Virus record (IMG/VR): IMGVR_UViG_3300034082_001419
Coordinates: 32,001 to 96,000 of that record
DNA from: a virus
Direction: 5' to 3' (one strand)
DNA length: 64,000 nucleotides
Positions 21,975 to 30,330 of this stretch are shown in pieces. How positions within the stretch are numbered: position 1 is the stretch's first letter; every line of letters begins with the position of its first letter. The position numbers and the translations under genes are program-made. The notes below the pieces were generated by a model. It did not search any database and was not told the DNA's origin. It worked only from the letters and a program-made list of their open reading frames with translations.

Positions 21975-22645
21975 TATCTTAATGAGTTTTGACTATCATC
22001 AGGACCATTAGTAGGTACATTGATAGACATAGTTAATTCTTTTAATACATATTGTTCAATCTCCCCAAATAAATAATCTGGAAAAGGTAACTGATCATCA
22101 TTTCTAAATCTACACTCTTCTGTAGTATCACATGTAAAACCAGATATTGGATCTTCAAATACACCTTCAACTTTAATTGCTTCCCATTGTACATTAGGCA
22201 TATATAAGTAACCATTCAAATACCAAAAATATTTTCTAGTATTATATTTAAAACTTGTAACTTTAGTCATAGAAGAATAAGTACCTGGATCAGTTCTGAA
22301 TAACTCAACTGATGTATCTAATGAAGATACTGTACGTATAAGTGGTCCATTAATACCATCAAAAAACCTAGGTAGTTTTTCTTTAGTTCTTTTAATATAG
22401 CATCCAGATGTAATACCAACACATCCTGCTTCAACTTTATCTACATCCATTAACTCAACATAAGTCAATGTAGAAAATATTGAACTTATTTTCATTAACC
22501 TATTCTGGTTATCTTCTCTTTTTAATAAAGACTTACCATATTTAGATATTGCAAAATATATAGTTCTATCAGTTAAGAATGGATCTTCTTTAACTGCTTT
22601 AAGAGCATTTCTTACTCTTGATATTGCTTCACCAATTGTTGTCAT
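21974..22645 (-). CDS. Tail ring protein, 223 aa
   Basis: YFWYLNGYLY...IKVEGVFEDP pattern; translationally coupled to neighbours. Confidence 0.6.
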   Translation of the reverse strand: MTTIGEAISRVRNALKAVKEDPFLTDRTIYFAISKYGKSLLKREDNQNRLMKISSIFSTLTYVELMDVDKVEAGCVGITSGCYIKRTKEKLPRFFDGINGPLIRTVSSLDTSVELFRTDPGTYSSMTKVTSFKYNTRKYFWYLNGYLYMPNVQWEAIKVEGVFEDPISGFTCDTTEECRFRNDDQLPFPDYLFGEIEQYVLKELTMSINVPTNGPDDSQNSLR

Positions 22646-23229
22646 ATATCAAATTCATTATATGTTTTTAACTTATCTTTTTCTAAACCTTTAAAGTAAT
22701 CTTTTTGTCTAGATGCTGTAAACATTTTACGTATCTTCTTCATTGGTTCAACATGTATGTATATTGGCCAATTGGTTGAGTATGTTTTTGCTACTGATCT
22801 TTTAAATGTCCTACATCCTGTAAATGCCCAACACTCTCTATTAAGAAAATTATATTTTGTAGCATAGTTAGTATAAAATATTTTAGCTAATTTATTATCA
22901 GTTTCCCAGTTTGAGTTTGTAACTATAACACCATATTTCTTTGACTTACCAAAATCAATATTTCTTTTCTTACTTGTTTGGCATGTCCCAATAAATATAT
23001 TACCTAATCCTTCTGGCAACTGTACACCGTCTCTACTATCAATTACAGTTTCACAAAAAAGAGTATGAAAGTTAATGCATATTTTTCTTAAATCTTTATT
23101 AGCAATGTCTTTGTACTTAGGGTACTTTCTTCTAAATGCATTATAGAATTTAGTATCTAGAATGTGATGTACATCTTGTCTAAATCTTTTACCTTTTACA
23201 TCAGGTCCTTTAAATACTTTACTTTCCAT
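22642..23229 (-). CDS. IHF/HU-like basic DNA-binding protein, 195 aa
   Basis: Very basic; ETVIDSRDGVQLPEGLGNIFIG resembles the HU/IHF core; crAss-like phages carry IHF-like genes beside tail genes. Confidence 0.55.
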   Translation of the reverse strand: MESKVFKGPDVKGKRFRQDVHHILDTKFYNAFRRKYPKYKDIANKDLRKICINFHTLFCETVIDSRDGVQLPEGLGNIFIGTCQTSKKRNIDFGKSKKYGVIVTNSNWETDNKLAKIFYTNYATKYNFLNRECWAFTGCRTFKRSVAKTYSTNWPIYIHVEPMKKIRKMFTASRQKDYFKGLEKDKLKTYNEFDI

Positions 23230-23240
23230 ATCTTATATAT

Positions 23241-23248
23241 TAATATAC
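23241..23248 (-). promoter_or_regulatory. Putative phage promoter element GTATATTA
   Basis: Same octamer upstream of starts at 31678-31685, 49285-49292 and 59445-59452; variants at 27640 and 39468. Confidence 0.55.
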
Positions 23249-23310
23249 TAAAATTTTCAGACTTATAAAAGAATACAAGTCAAAACAAATATAGCACTTA
23301 TAAGTTACAT

Positions 23311-23347
23311 AAAAAAAATAACCCCGGTAATGAGCACATACCGGGGT
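23311..23347 (-). terminator. Rho-independent terminator
   Basis: 9-bp stem ACCCCGGTA/TACCGGGGT (23321-23347), 9-nt loop, followed on the minus strand by TATTTTTTTT. Confidence 0.85.
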
Positions 23348-23357
23348 CTTGTTGTCA

Positions 23358-23382
23358 GCCACAGAAACCAACAAACTGCGAC
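23358..23382 (-). other. Stem-loop with UUUGUUGGUUU loop in 3' UTR (candidate sRNA element or DGR target hairpin)
   Basis: Minus strand GUCGCAG-UUUGUUGGUUU-CUGUGGC; 7 bp including two G-U pairs that only form on the minus strand. Confidence 0.4.
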
Positions 23383-23388
23383 ATATTT

Positions 23389-25224
23389 TTAGTCTTGTAT
23401 TAATCTTACTGAATACCCATTTCTCTTATTGATGAGGTTTCTGTAAGCATTGCCATCGTTGTAGAACAAGTTGCGGCTCCAAGCATAGTTCGTATTGTCC
23501 TCCGTAGAACTCCACCAGTAACCGTTGTCGCCAATGTTGTTATTATTTCCATTAAATCCGTTGCGGAACCCGCCAGGAAGACCAGTAAATAAAGACGTAT
23601 TAGTTGCTCCTATATTTGGTGTTTGCCAATGAGTAAATCCTGTTTCTTTCATTGCTCCTCCAGCTGCTGCATTTCCTCCTAAAGTTGTAGTTAAAGTTGT
23701 CCATTCAGTATCTGAAGGTACATGGTAACCTGCTGGTGCCAATCCACCATTTGCTGTATTATTAACAGCATACCAGTTATACAATTTACCATAAACAGGT
23801 CCATTTGCTGAATCATTATTATACCAACACCACGCTCCTGTAGTTAAACCAGCCCATCCTGTTGGATCTGTTACTTCTGGAATTAATGTACCATCTCTAT
23901 ATCTATCAACATTTAAGTTACAACTTGTCCAAACTTGAGTTCCTATAGTAACATCTAGGCATGTTTCTTGTATAAATCTAACTGACAACCCAGCTCTCTT
24001 AAAGCCGCTGCCTCTGGAAGCATTGCCATTGGTGAAGTTCAAGACGCGGCCCCAAGCATTGTAGGCATCGTTCTCTGTAGAACTCCACCAGTAACCGTAG
24101 TAACCCATGAAGTTGTAAGTTCCACCGTAGTCGCGTTGACCGCCCGGAAGACCAGTAAATAATGAAGAATTAGTAGCATATAAATTAGGTGCATCCCAAT
24201 GACAAAAACCTTCTTCTTTCATCTTGCCTCCAGCTACAATTTCTCCACCTAGATAGTCGGTAAGAATTGTCCACTCAGCATCTGTTGGCACTTTCCATCC
24301 AGCAGGTGCAATACCTCCATTTGTAGTATTATTAATTGCATGCCAATTATAAAGTTTACCATATGTAGTTTCTGTAGAAGGATCATTATTATAATAGCAC
24401 CATGCTCCTGTTGTTAATGCTGACCAAGCATTATTATTCTCAACATATGGGATAAGTATACCATCTCTATATGTAGATACTGTTGCATTACACCTAGTCC
24501 AAACTTGAGTACCAATTGGAATATTTTGTTCTACACAATCTGGACATGGATCTATTGTATCTTCTATTAATCTTACAGAGCATCCAGTACGTTTAATGTT
24601 ATCACCACCACCAAAGAGACCATTGTAGTTGACCAAGAACATAGCCCTAGCAAAACCTGGATAAATATCATCTTCTGTAGTAGTCCACCAGATACCGTTT
24701 TCGCCAATGTAGTTGTAAGGCCCAAGCTGATCACGTTGTCCACCGGGAAGAGCTGTAAATAATGATGTGTTAGTTGCATCAGTATTAGGATTTATCCAAT
24801 GACAAAAACCTTCTTCTTTCATCTTGCCTCCAGCAATAAGACCTCCTCCTAAATTATCTCTTAGAACTAACCATTCAGCTTCAGAAGGAACATGATAGCC
24901 TGTTGGAGCAAGTTGTTTTCTTAATAAGGGATCAAGTAATGATGCTTCATCATAAATTCCTACTACTGCATACCAGTTGTATAACTTACCATATATGGCA
25001 TCATTAGCGGGATTATTATCATAATGACACCAAGCACCTGTTGTTGCTATTTCCCACTGATAATCATCAGTTATTTCAGGTATAACTGTTACACCATCTG
25101 AATATGTAGTTACATCTAAATTACATCCTGTCCATACTTGTCCATAAATATCTATATTATTTGGATCACAATTAGGACAATTATCTCTCCTTGTTCTATA
25201 TATATCTTTTTTAAAACTCCACAT
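23389..25224 (-). CDS. Three tandem Fib_succ_major (FISUMP, CLec-like) domains; probable DGR target/receptor-binding protein, 611 aa
   Basis: Three copies of IGTQVW..CN..V..YRDG...GAWC.Y.N...YGKLYNW.A...P.G.(H/K)VP...EW...LPGG.R...WW..TE...SVR. Confidence 0.9.
   Translation of the reverse strand: MWSFKKDIYRTRRDNCPNCDPNNIDIYGQVWTGCNLDVTTYSDGVTVIPEITDDYQWEIATTGAWCHYDNNPANDAIYGKLYNWYAVVGIYDEASLLDPLLRKQLAPTGYHVPSEAEWLVLRDNLGGGLIAGGKMKEEGFCHWINPNTDATNTSLFTALPGGQRDQLGPYNYIGENGIWWTTTEDDIYPGFARAMFLVNYNGLFGGGDNIKRTGCSVRLIEDTIDPCPDCVEQNIPIGTQVWTRCNATVSTYRDGILIPYVENNNAWSALTTGAWCYYNNDPSTETTYGKLYNWHAINNTTNGGIAPAGWKVPTDAEWTILTDYLGGEIVAGGKMKEEGFCHWDAPNLYATNSSLFTGLPGGQRDYGGTYNFMGYYGYWWSSTENDAYNAWGRVLNFTNGNASRGSGFKRAGLSVRFIQETCLDVTIGTQVWTSCNLNVDRYRDGTLIPEVTDPTGWAGLTTGAWCWYNNDSANGPVYGKLYNWYAVNNTANGGLAPAGYHVPSDTEWTTLTTTLGGNAAAGGAMKETGFTHWQTPNIGATNTSLFTGLPGGFRNGFNGNNNNIGDNGYWWSSTEDNTNYAWSRNLFYNDGNAYRNLINKRNGYSVRLIQD
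23416..23523 (-). repeat. DGR variable repeat in domain 3
   Basis: 108-nt ungapped match to 23989-24096; 26 mismatches, 23 with A in one copy, 24 at codon positions 1-2. Confidence 0.85.
23989..24096 (-). repeat. DGR variable repeat in domain 2 (internal)
   Basis: Partner of 23416-23523; NNC/NNT codons keep the third base while positions 1-2 vary. Confidence 0.85.
24570..24750 (-). repeat. Degenerate variable-repeat-like segment in domain 1
   Basis: Homologous position; retains C-ending codons (tac aac tac att ggc gaa aac ggt atc tgg tgg; ttc ttg gtc aac tac) but is more diverged and has an indel. Confidence 0.5.
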
Positions 25225-25226
25225 AT

Positions 25227-26021
25227 TTATACTTTTGTATTACCCAATAAATAATAGATAGATGATGTAGCTCCTTGTTCTAAATAAGCTTGATCATATT
25301 GACCTTTAATTTTATATCCAGTAATTGCATTATTTAATACTACACCTCCTGTAGTTATAAATGTAACATCAGCTGTTCCATCTTGAATAAAGCCTACTTG
25401 TAGTTTAGCTGATAATCCAGTTGGTACGGTAATAGAAATTGGAGTTGCACCGTTAGTTATTATTATTGAGTAACCATCATCAGCACTTGTAAGTAAATAG
25501 TTAGTTGAAATAAACTTTTGTTTTGTATCACAACAAGCTGAAAGATCATTTACAGTTGTTTGTAAAGTAGTTACATCTCCTTGTAAAGTTGTTATATCAC
25601 CTTGTATTGCAGTTACATCAGTTTGTAATGTTGTTACTGCACCTTGTAATGTTAATATTTGCCCATTAATTGTAACTATTTGTCCTTGTATAGTTACAAT
25701 TTGTCCTTGTATTGTAACAATATTACCTTCAATAGTAGTAAGTCTACCATTAATGATAAGTAATTGTGCATTAATAAAGTTAGTTAATGTAACAAGTCTT
25801 TGACAAAAATAAGTAACAATACCTTCTAATGCATCTACAATAGAATCTCCTTGAGAGACAACAGTATCATTACCACATTTGATATCATCAATTGTTAATA
25901 CCATACATTGTGCATCAAATACTTCAGCACATGGTTCTGGATTAGGACATTCTGGTGGAGTTGGACATGGTGGTAAAGATGGATAAGCATCATCACAACC
26001 ACAATTTATACAAGTATTCAT
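25227..26021 (-). CDS. Fibre-like protein: Cys-rich N-terminus, heptad coiled coil, C-terminal beta domain, 264 aa
   Basis: Heptads VTIQGQI / VTTLQTD repeated about 9 times (approx. 25550-25760). Confidence 0.65.
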   Translation of the reverse strand: MNTCINCGCDDAYPSLPPCPTPPECPNPEPCAEVFDAQCMVLTIDDIKCGNDTVVSQGDSIVDALEGIVTYFCQRLVTLTNFINAQLLIINGRLTTIEGNIVTIQGQIVTIQGQIVTINGQILTLQGAVTTLQTDVTAIQGDITTLQGDVTTLQTTVNDLSACCDTKQKFISTNYLLTSADDGYSIIITNGATPISITVPTGLSAKLQVGFIQDGTADVTFITTGGVVLNNAITGYKIKGQYDQAYLEQGATSSIYYLLGNTKV

Positions 26022-26044
26022 AGTATTTTATTATTAATTTTTAA

Positions 26045-27622
26045 TTAAAAAGCTCTTAGTGCACGTACTGCACAAGATGTTGTAGATTTATTAGTATAAC
26101 TTGTAGTTCCAAAGTCAAATGATTTTGTAATAGCTTCTGAAGCATTAAATTCTGTACTTGACCAATAAAGTTCATTTGCTGCAAGTACATCATAACCACC
26201 TACGGCATCTAATATTTTATTTACAATTGGTGCTACATTAAATAAATAGTTTAATTCCCATATAGCTGGTAAATACCAGTCTGTGAAACCACCATAAGTA
26301 TATATATCTGCTAATCCTGCTGCATATGTTCCAACTGCAGGTGCCCCTGTTTGTGCTACAATTGCATTAGTATTTGATAAACCATTATATCTATTTTTTG
26401 CACCAACACCTGGTACAGTTGTAGAATCATATGCGGGTATTGCCCATTCAATACCATAACTTAAATTAAAAAGTGAAGCAATTAATCCTTTTTCTATACC
26501 TGCTTCTTTCCATACTGCTATTACTATACCACCACCATATAGTTCACCTATATAATGTGTGAATGCTCCAGGCACTGTTACATCAACAGTAACATCACCA
26601 ACACCTGTTGTAGGAGTTAATGTTACATTTGTTCCAGCAATAATTTTTGTAACACCTCCATTAACCAATGGACTTGCTGGTGTTCCTAATCCTGTTATAG
26701 TTGTACCATCAACTGATATTTTAACTATTGGATTTAATGGATCTGTATTATCTGTGTTTAATCCTGTTACTGATCTTACAGTAGGCGCATTTCTTAAGTC
26801 TTTAACACAAGCCCATAAGTTATTTATTGTACCTGCAATTGTTGCTGTTGGTGTTGTCCATAAACCAGCGTACTGTGCAGACATTTGTGCAGCAGGATTA
26901 ACTTTTGATAAATCAGTTGCAGCTACTGTTTGATTAGAAACTGCTGTAGATAATGCTCCTGTATTTCCTGTTGCTGCAACAAATGGAAACCAAATTTGAT
27001 TTACATATGAATCAATAACAACATTAATAGGTTGTGTACTTCCTGCAGCTAATATTGGTACAGAAGGTAACTCATATGCCATTACCATTGTAGGTGTAGT
27101 ATATGAAGGAGGTGGTGTAGTTTCTAAATCAGTTACTCTTACATCTAGATTATCAATTTGATTTTGTTGTAATGTTATTGTAGTTACTAATGTACATATT
27201 CTTGTACCTATAGTAGTTACATAATTTGTTAAATTCATAGTTGTAACTCCACCTGTTACAAAACACGGAGCAACCTCAACAAAACAATCTGTAGGACAAC
27301 CTGATGATGGTACTGGTGGAGTTGCACCTCCTCCTGAACTTGGTGTTCCATTATCTAACTCACATACTTTAACAATTAAAAAATTAATTAAATCTGTAAA
27401 GTTTTGTGGAGAACAATTAGCTAAACTAAAACATGTAAGATCATATGCTGTAATATTTAATGTATCAAGTATTGTACATATTTCTAATGCAATTTTTTCA
27501 ACTACATCTGTAATATTATCTCCTTTACATAAATTAATACATTGTAAATCTGGTCCACCCCAAATTACACAATTTGAAGATGTAGGGCTACATGGAGAAT
27601 TATCAAAGTTTAATGGTTTCAT
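26045..27622 (-). CDS. Fibre-like structural protein with C-terminal DUF1566/Lcl-C-like domain, 525 aa
   Basis: Cys-rich N-terminus; C-terminal IGELYGGGIV...GGFTDWYLPAIWEL...YWSSTE...VRALRAF. Confidence 0.7.
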   Translation of the reverse strand: MKPLNFDNSPCSPTSSNCVIWGGPDLQCINLCKGDNITDVVEKIALEICTILDTLNITAYDLTCFSLANCSPQNFTDLINFLIVKVCELDNGTPSSGGGATPPVPSSGCPTDCFVEVAPCFVTGGVTTMNLTNYVTTIGTRICTLVTTITLQQNQIDNLDVRVTDLETTPPPSYTTPTMVMAYELPSVPILAAGSTQPINVVIDSYVNQIWFPFVAATGNTGALSTAVSNQTVAATDLSKVNPAAQMSAQYAGLWTTPTATIAGTINNLWACVKDLRNAPTVRSVTGLNTDNTDPLNPIVKISVDGTTITGLGTPASPLVNGGVTKIIAGTNVTLTPTTGVGDVTVDVTVPGAFTHYIGELYGGGIVIAVWKEAGIEKGLIASLFNLSYGIEWAIPAYDSTTVPGVGAKNRYNGLSNTNAIVAQTGAPAVGTYAAGLADIYTYGGFTDWYLPAIWELNYLFNVAPIVNKILDAVGGYDVLAANELYWSSTEFNASEAITKSFDFGTTSYTNKSTTSCAVRALRAF

Positions 27623-27656
27623 ATCTTTTGTATATATTATAATATAAGTATTTTAA

Positions 27657-28694
27657 TTAAGAATTACAACCACATCCGCAATTTGTAGTCTGCTGACATG
27701 AGTTATTATTACATCCACATCCACAATCAGTACTATCTTGACAACAGTCACTAAATGGTTTACATATGTAATCAGGATTATTTATTGCTTGAAGTTCTAA
27801 TAATTGATATTTTATATCAAGTCTGTATAGTTCTTCTTCATCACAACATGGTGCAATACCATATCTTTGAGCTATTACATCTTTATAAAGTATTTCAGAA
27901 TATGCACAAGCAATTCTTTCATAGTATTGAGTTGTACATGCAGGAGAATTATAACCTGGTCTTATACTTTTAAATGCTACACCTGATGGGCATTTACCAT
28001 CTATACATGGTCCATCATTTGTATATATTTTTGGTAAAGTCCATCCTATTGGGTATATCCATTTTAATACACAATACTTTCTACTTATTGTATTAGCACC
28101 AAGTGTTATATCTTGAATAACATTATCACAATCTTCATATTGAAATACTTGTGTTGTTGTACTATTATTTGTTATGGTGCTACAGAAGCAAACTGTATTA
28201 GTTGTGCAGACTTCACATGTAGCAAATTCACTAGCTATTATTACTAAATCATCAGATGAATTAATATTAGTTGTTGATACTGACCAGCATGTATCTGGAT
28301 AAAATGTAAGTTTAACTATTGAAGATAAATATGCTGATACATTAGTTGTAGTATATATACTTGGTCTTACACCATCACAATCAGTTAATTTATATCTTGG
28401 TGCAGCACACTCAACACAATTAGGATAGTTGTTTTGTAAGGTAACTGTAACTGTTGACGGAACATTACTGGTAAATACAGTAAGATTAAAACAACCTGGG
28501 TATTCATCTACTGTAATTGTTTTTCCAGCATATGCAGATAAATTTACTGAAGTATAAATTATTAATGGATTTGAAGCATTACATGATTCAAGTCTATAAT
28601 ATAACGGTGGTAAACACGCAGCACAATTTGGAAATGTTTCTGTTACTGTTGTTGGTACGTAACCAGTTTCAAAGCTAGGTTCAGGAAACTCCAT
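27657..28694 (-). CDS. Cys-rich repeat structural protein, 345 aa
   Basis: Repeated Y(R/K)L..C...IYT...YP.C(W/F)...CxxC modules; CCQDSTDCGCGC tail. Confidence 0.6.
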   Translation of the reverse strand: MEFPEPSFETGYVPTTVTETFPNCAACLPPLYYRLESCNASNPLIIYTSVNLSAYAGKTITVDEYPGCFNLTVFTSNVPSTVTVTLQNNYPNCVECAAPRYKLTDCDGVRPSIYTTTNVSAYLSSIVKLTFYPDTCWSVSTTNINSSDDLVIIASEFATCEVCTTNTVCFCSTITNNSTTTQVFQYEDCDNVIQDITLGANTISRKYCVLKWIYPIGWTLPKIYTNDGPCIDGKCPSGVAFKSIRPGYNSPACTTQYYERIACAYSEILYKDVIAQRYGIAPCCDEEELYRLDIKYQLLELQAINNPDYICKPFSDCCQDSTDCGCGCNNNSCQQTTNCGCGCNS

Positions 28695-28715
28695 AATATT
28701 TATTTTTTTTAATTT

Positions 28716-29564
28716 TTAAGCTCTATTATAAACAAACTGAACAATTGTCCAACAAGCACCTGGATACTCAGCAAGTTTAACAGTTTGATCTAATGCATAT
28801 GGAAATGCTAACTCTTGATCTTCTGATTGTATTTTAACTCCAGTTACACAATTAGTTAATTCATATGTATAGTAACAAGGAATATCACCATCACAAAAAA
28901 GATTATTAGTAAAAATCTGATAATCAGTTCCCGTAACTGATGGATATGAACTTGAACAAATTACAGCTGGTGCATCAGTAGTTGTAAACTCACTATAGCC
29001 ATCAAAATATGTTATAACACCTGTTCCAGTAACTGTATAACAAATTGGTTCACATTGGTCACAATATGCATCACCATCAATTATTACAGTAGTAAGATCA
29101 CCAACAGTTTCTGGTACAACTGTAACATACCAACATGGATTTGGTTCCAAGTAAGTATATGCTAATTGATTAATATAGTTTATACAATCTGGACATTCTT
29201 GATAATCAGTATATATTACATCACTATTTATACAATTAACTAATTTATATTTATACTGTGAACAACTACTACATGTATTATAATAACCTTCACTTGCTTG
29301 AGCAATTTGAGCATTAGTTATTGCATTTGGATAATAACCTTCTCCTACTGCTTGCCAACAATACGGAGATATATTACCATTAATGTTTAACTTGTAAACT
29401 TTATTAAATGTATAAGTTAATACTGGTTGTATTATTCTATAAACAGTATTTACTGTTGGATCACAAGATACAAAATACACAACAGTTGAACCAGCATAAT
29501 CTTCTAAATCAAAATCAAAATTGAGAAATCTTTCTCTTTCACCTGTATATAAATCTAATCTCAT
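28716..29564 (-). CDS. Cys-rich repeat structural protein, 282 aa
   Basis: Same Y.L.NC...CW.V...CxxC module as downstream gene. Confidence 0.6.
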   Translation of the reverse strand: MRLDLYTGERERFLNFDFDLEDYAGSTVVYFVSCDPTVNTVYRIIQPVLTYTFNKVYKLNINGNISPYCWQAVGEGYYPNAITNAQIAQASEGYYNTCSSCSQYKYKLVNCINSDVIYTDYQECPDCINYINQLAYTYLEPNPCWYVTVVPETVGDLTTVIIDGDAYCDQCEPICYTVTGTGVITYFDGYSEFTTTDAPAVICSSSYPSVTGTDYQIFTNNLFCDGDIPCYYTYELTNCVTGVKIQSEDQELAFPYALDQTVKLAEYPGACWTIVQFVYNRA

Positions 29565-29698
29565 GGTTTCTTTGGTTGTTGTTTAAGTTTAACTTCATAA
29601 GCTGAAATACAATTTGAACACACTTGTGCTTTATTGGATGCTACTCTTTTTTGACATCCACATGATAATCTTATTTTGCAGTTTGGACAGTTTGCCAT
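29561..29698 (-). CDS. Small Cys-rich protein, 45 aa (below ORF-track cutoff)
   Basis: MANCPNCKIRLSCGCQKRVASNKAQVCSNCISAYEVKLKQQPKKP; TGA overlaps next ATG (ATGA); fills the gap exactly. Confidence 0.75.
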   Translation of the reverse strand: MANCPNCKIRLSCGCQKRVASNKAQVCSNCISAYEVKLKQQPKKP

Positions 29699-29717
29699 CT
29701 TGTTGGTTTTTAATGGG

Positions 29718-30260
29718 TTAACAATTTTTACATTCAATTTTTTTCATAATCTTTAAAGCATAATTGTAAAGTGACATACCATGATTTGGTTCATGACAAA
29801 ATTCAACTTTTGCTTTTGCAGCATCTAAATACATTTTAGCTGTCTTTAAGATTTCAAGTTTCTTTTTAATATTTGCTGGCGGCTCACACGCAGCAAGATC
29901 TAATTTACATAAAATATTATTATAAATATTTAATGCTTTAGTAATTCTTAAATGATTGTACTCAACAAATACCTGATCATTTGGAGCTACACTATATTTA
30001 ATAGCATATACACCATCAGGTAAATCACTTAATGTATCTCCACATCCTTGTGATTGTAATTGTAAATCACATGCCGTTAATATTGTATTTGCTCCTGGTA
30101 CAGTAGTAAGTTGTGTAGAATAATTAAATCCCGGCACTGTTACATTTAATGCAGGACAAGATACATTAATTGAATCTGAGTATACACTTGTATCAAGTAC
30201 AGACATAATGCATGTATTTAATACAGTTGGTATTTCTAAACTTAATATATGATGTGCCAT
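29718..30260 (-). CDS. Hypothetical structural protein, 180 aa
   Basis: ORF track; LPDGVYAIKYSV motif; within structural block. Confidence 0.55.
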   Translation of the reverse strand: MAHHILSLEIPTVLNTCIMSVLDTSVYSDSINVSCPALNVTVPGFNYSTQLTTVPGANTILTACDLQLQSQGCGDTLSDLPDGVYAIKYSVAPNDQVFVEYNHLRITKALNIYNNILCKLDLAACEPPANIKKKLEILKTAKMYLDAAKAKVEFCHEPNHGMSLYNYALKIMKKIECKNC

Positions 30261-30270
30261 AATAATTTAT

Positions 30271-30305
30271 AAAAAAAGGGAGGGAAAACTAGTTCACCTC
30301 CCTTT
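30271..30305 (-). terminator. Rho-independent terminator
   Basis: Stem AAAGGGAGG/CCTCCCTTT with U-tract on the minus strand, just after the 437-aa gene. Confidence 0.8.
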
Positions 30306-30330
30306 GTTAGTAATATAATTTTACTTATCC

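Noticed and set aside
25550-25760. 21-nt tandem repeat as a non-coding array
   Set aside because: It is the degenerate coding repeat of a heptad coiled coil.
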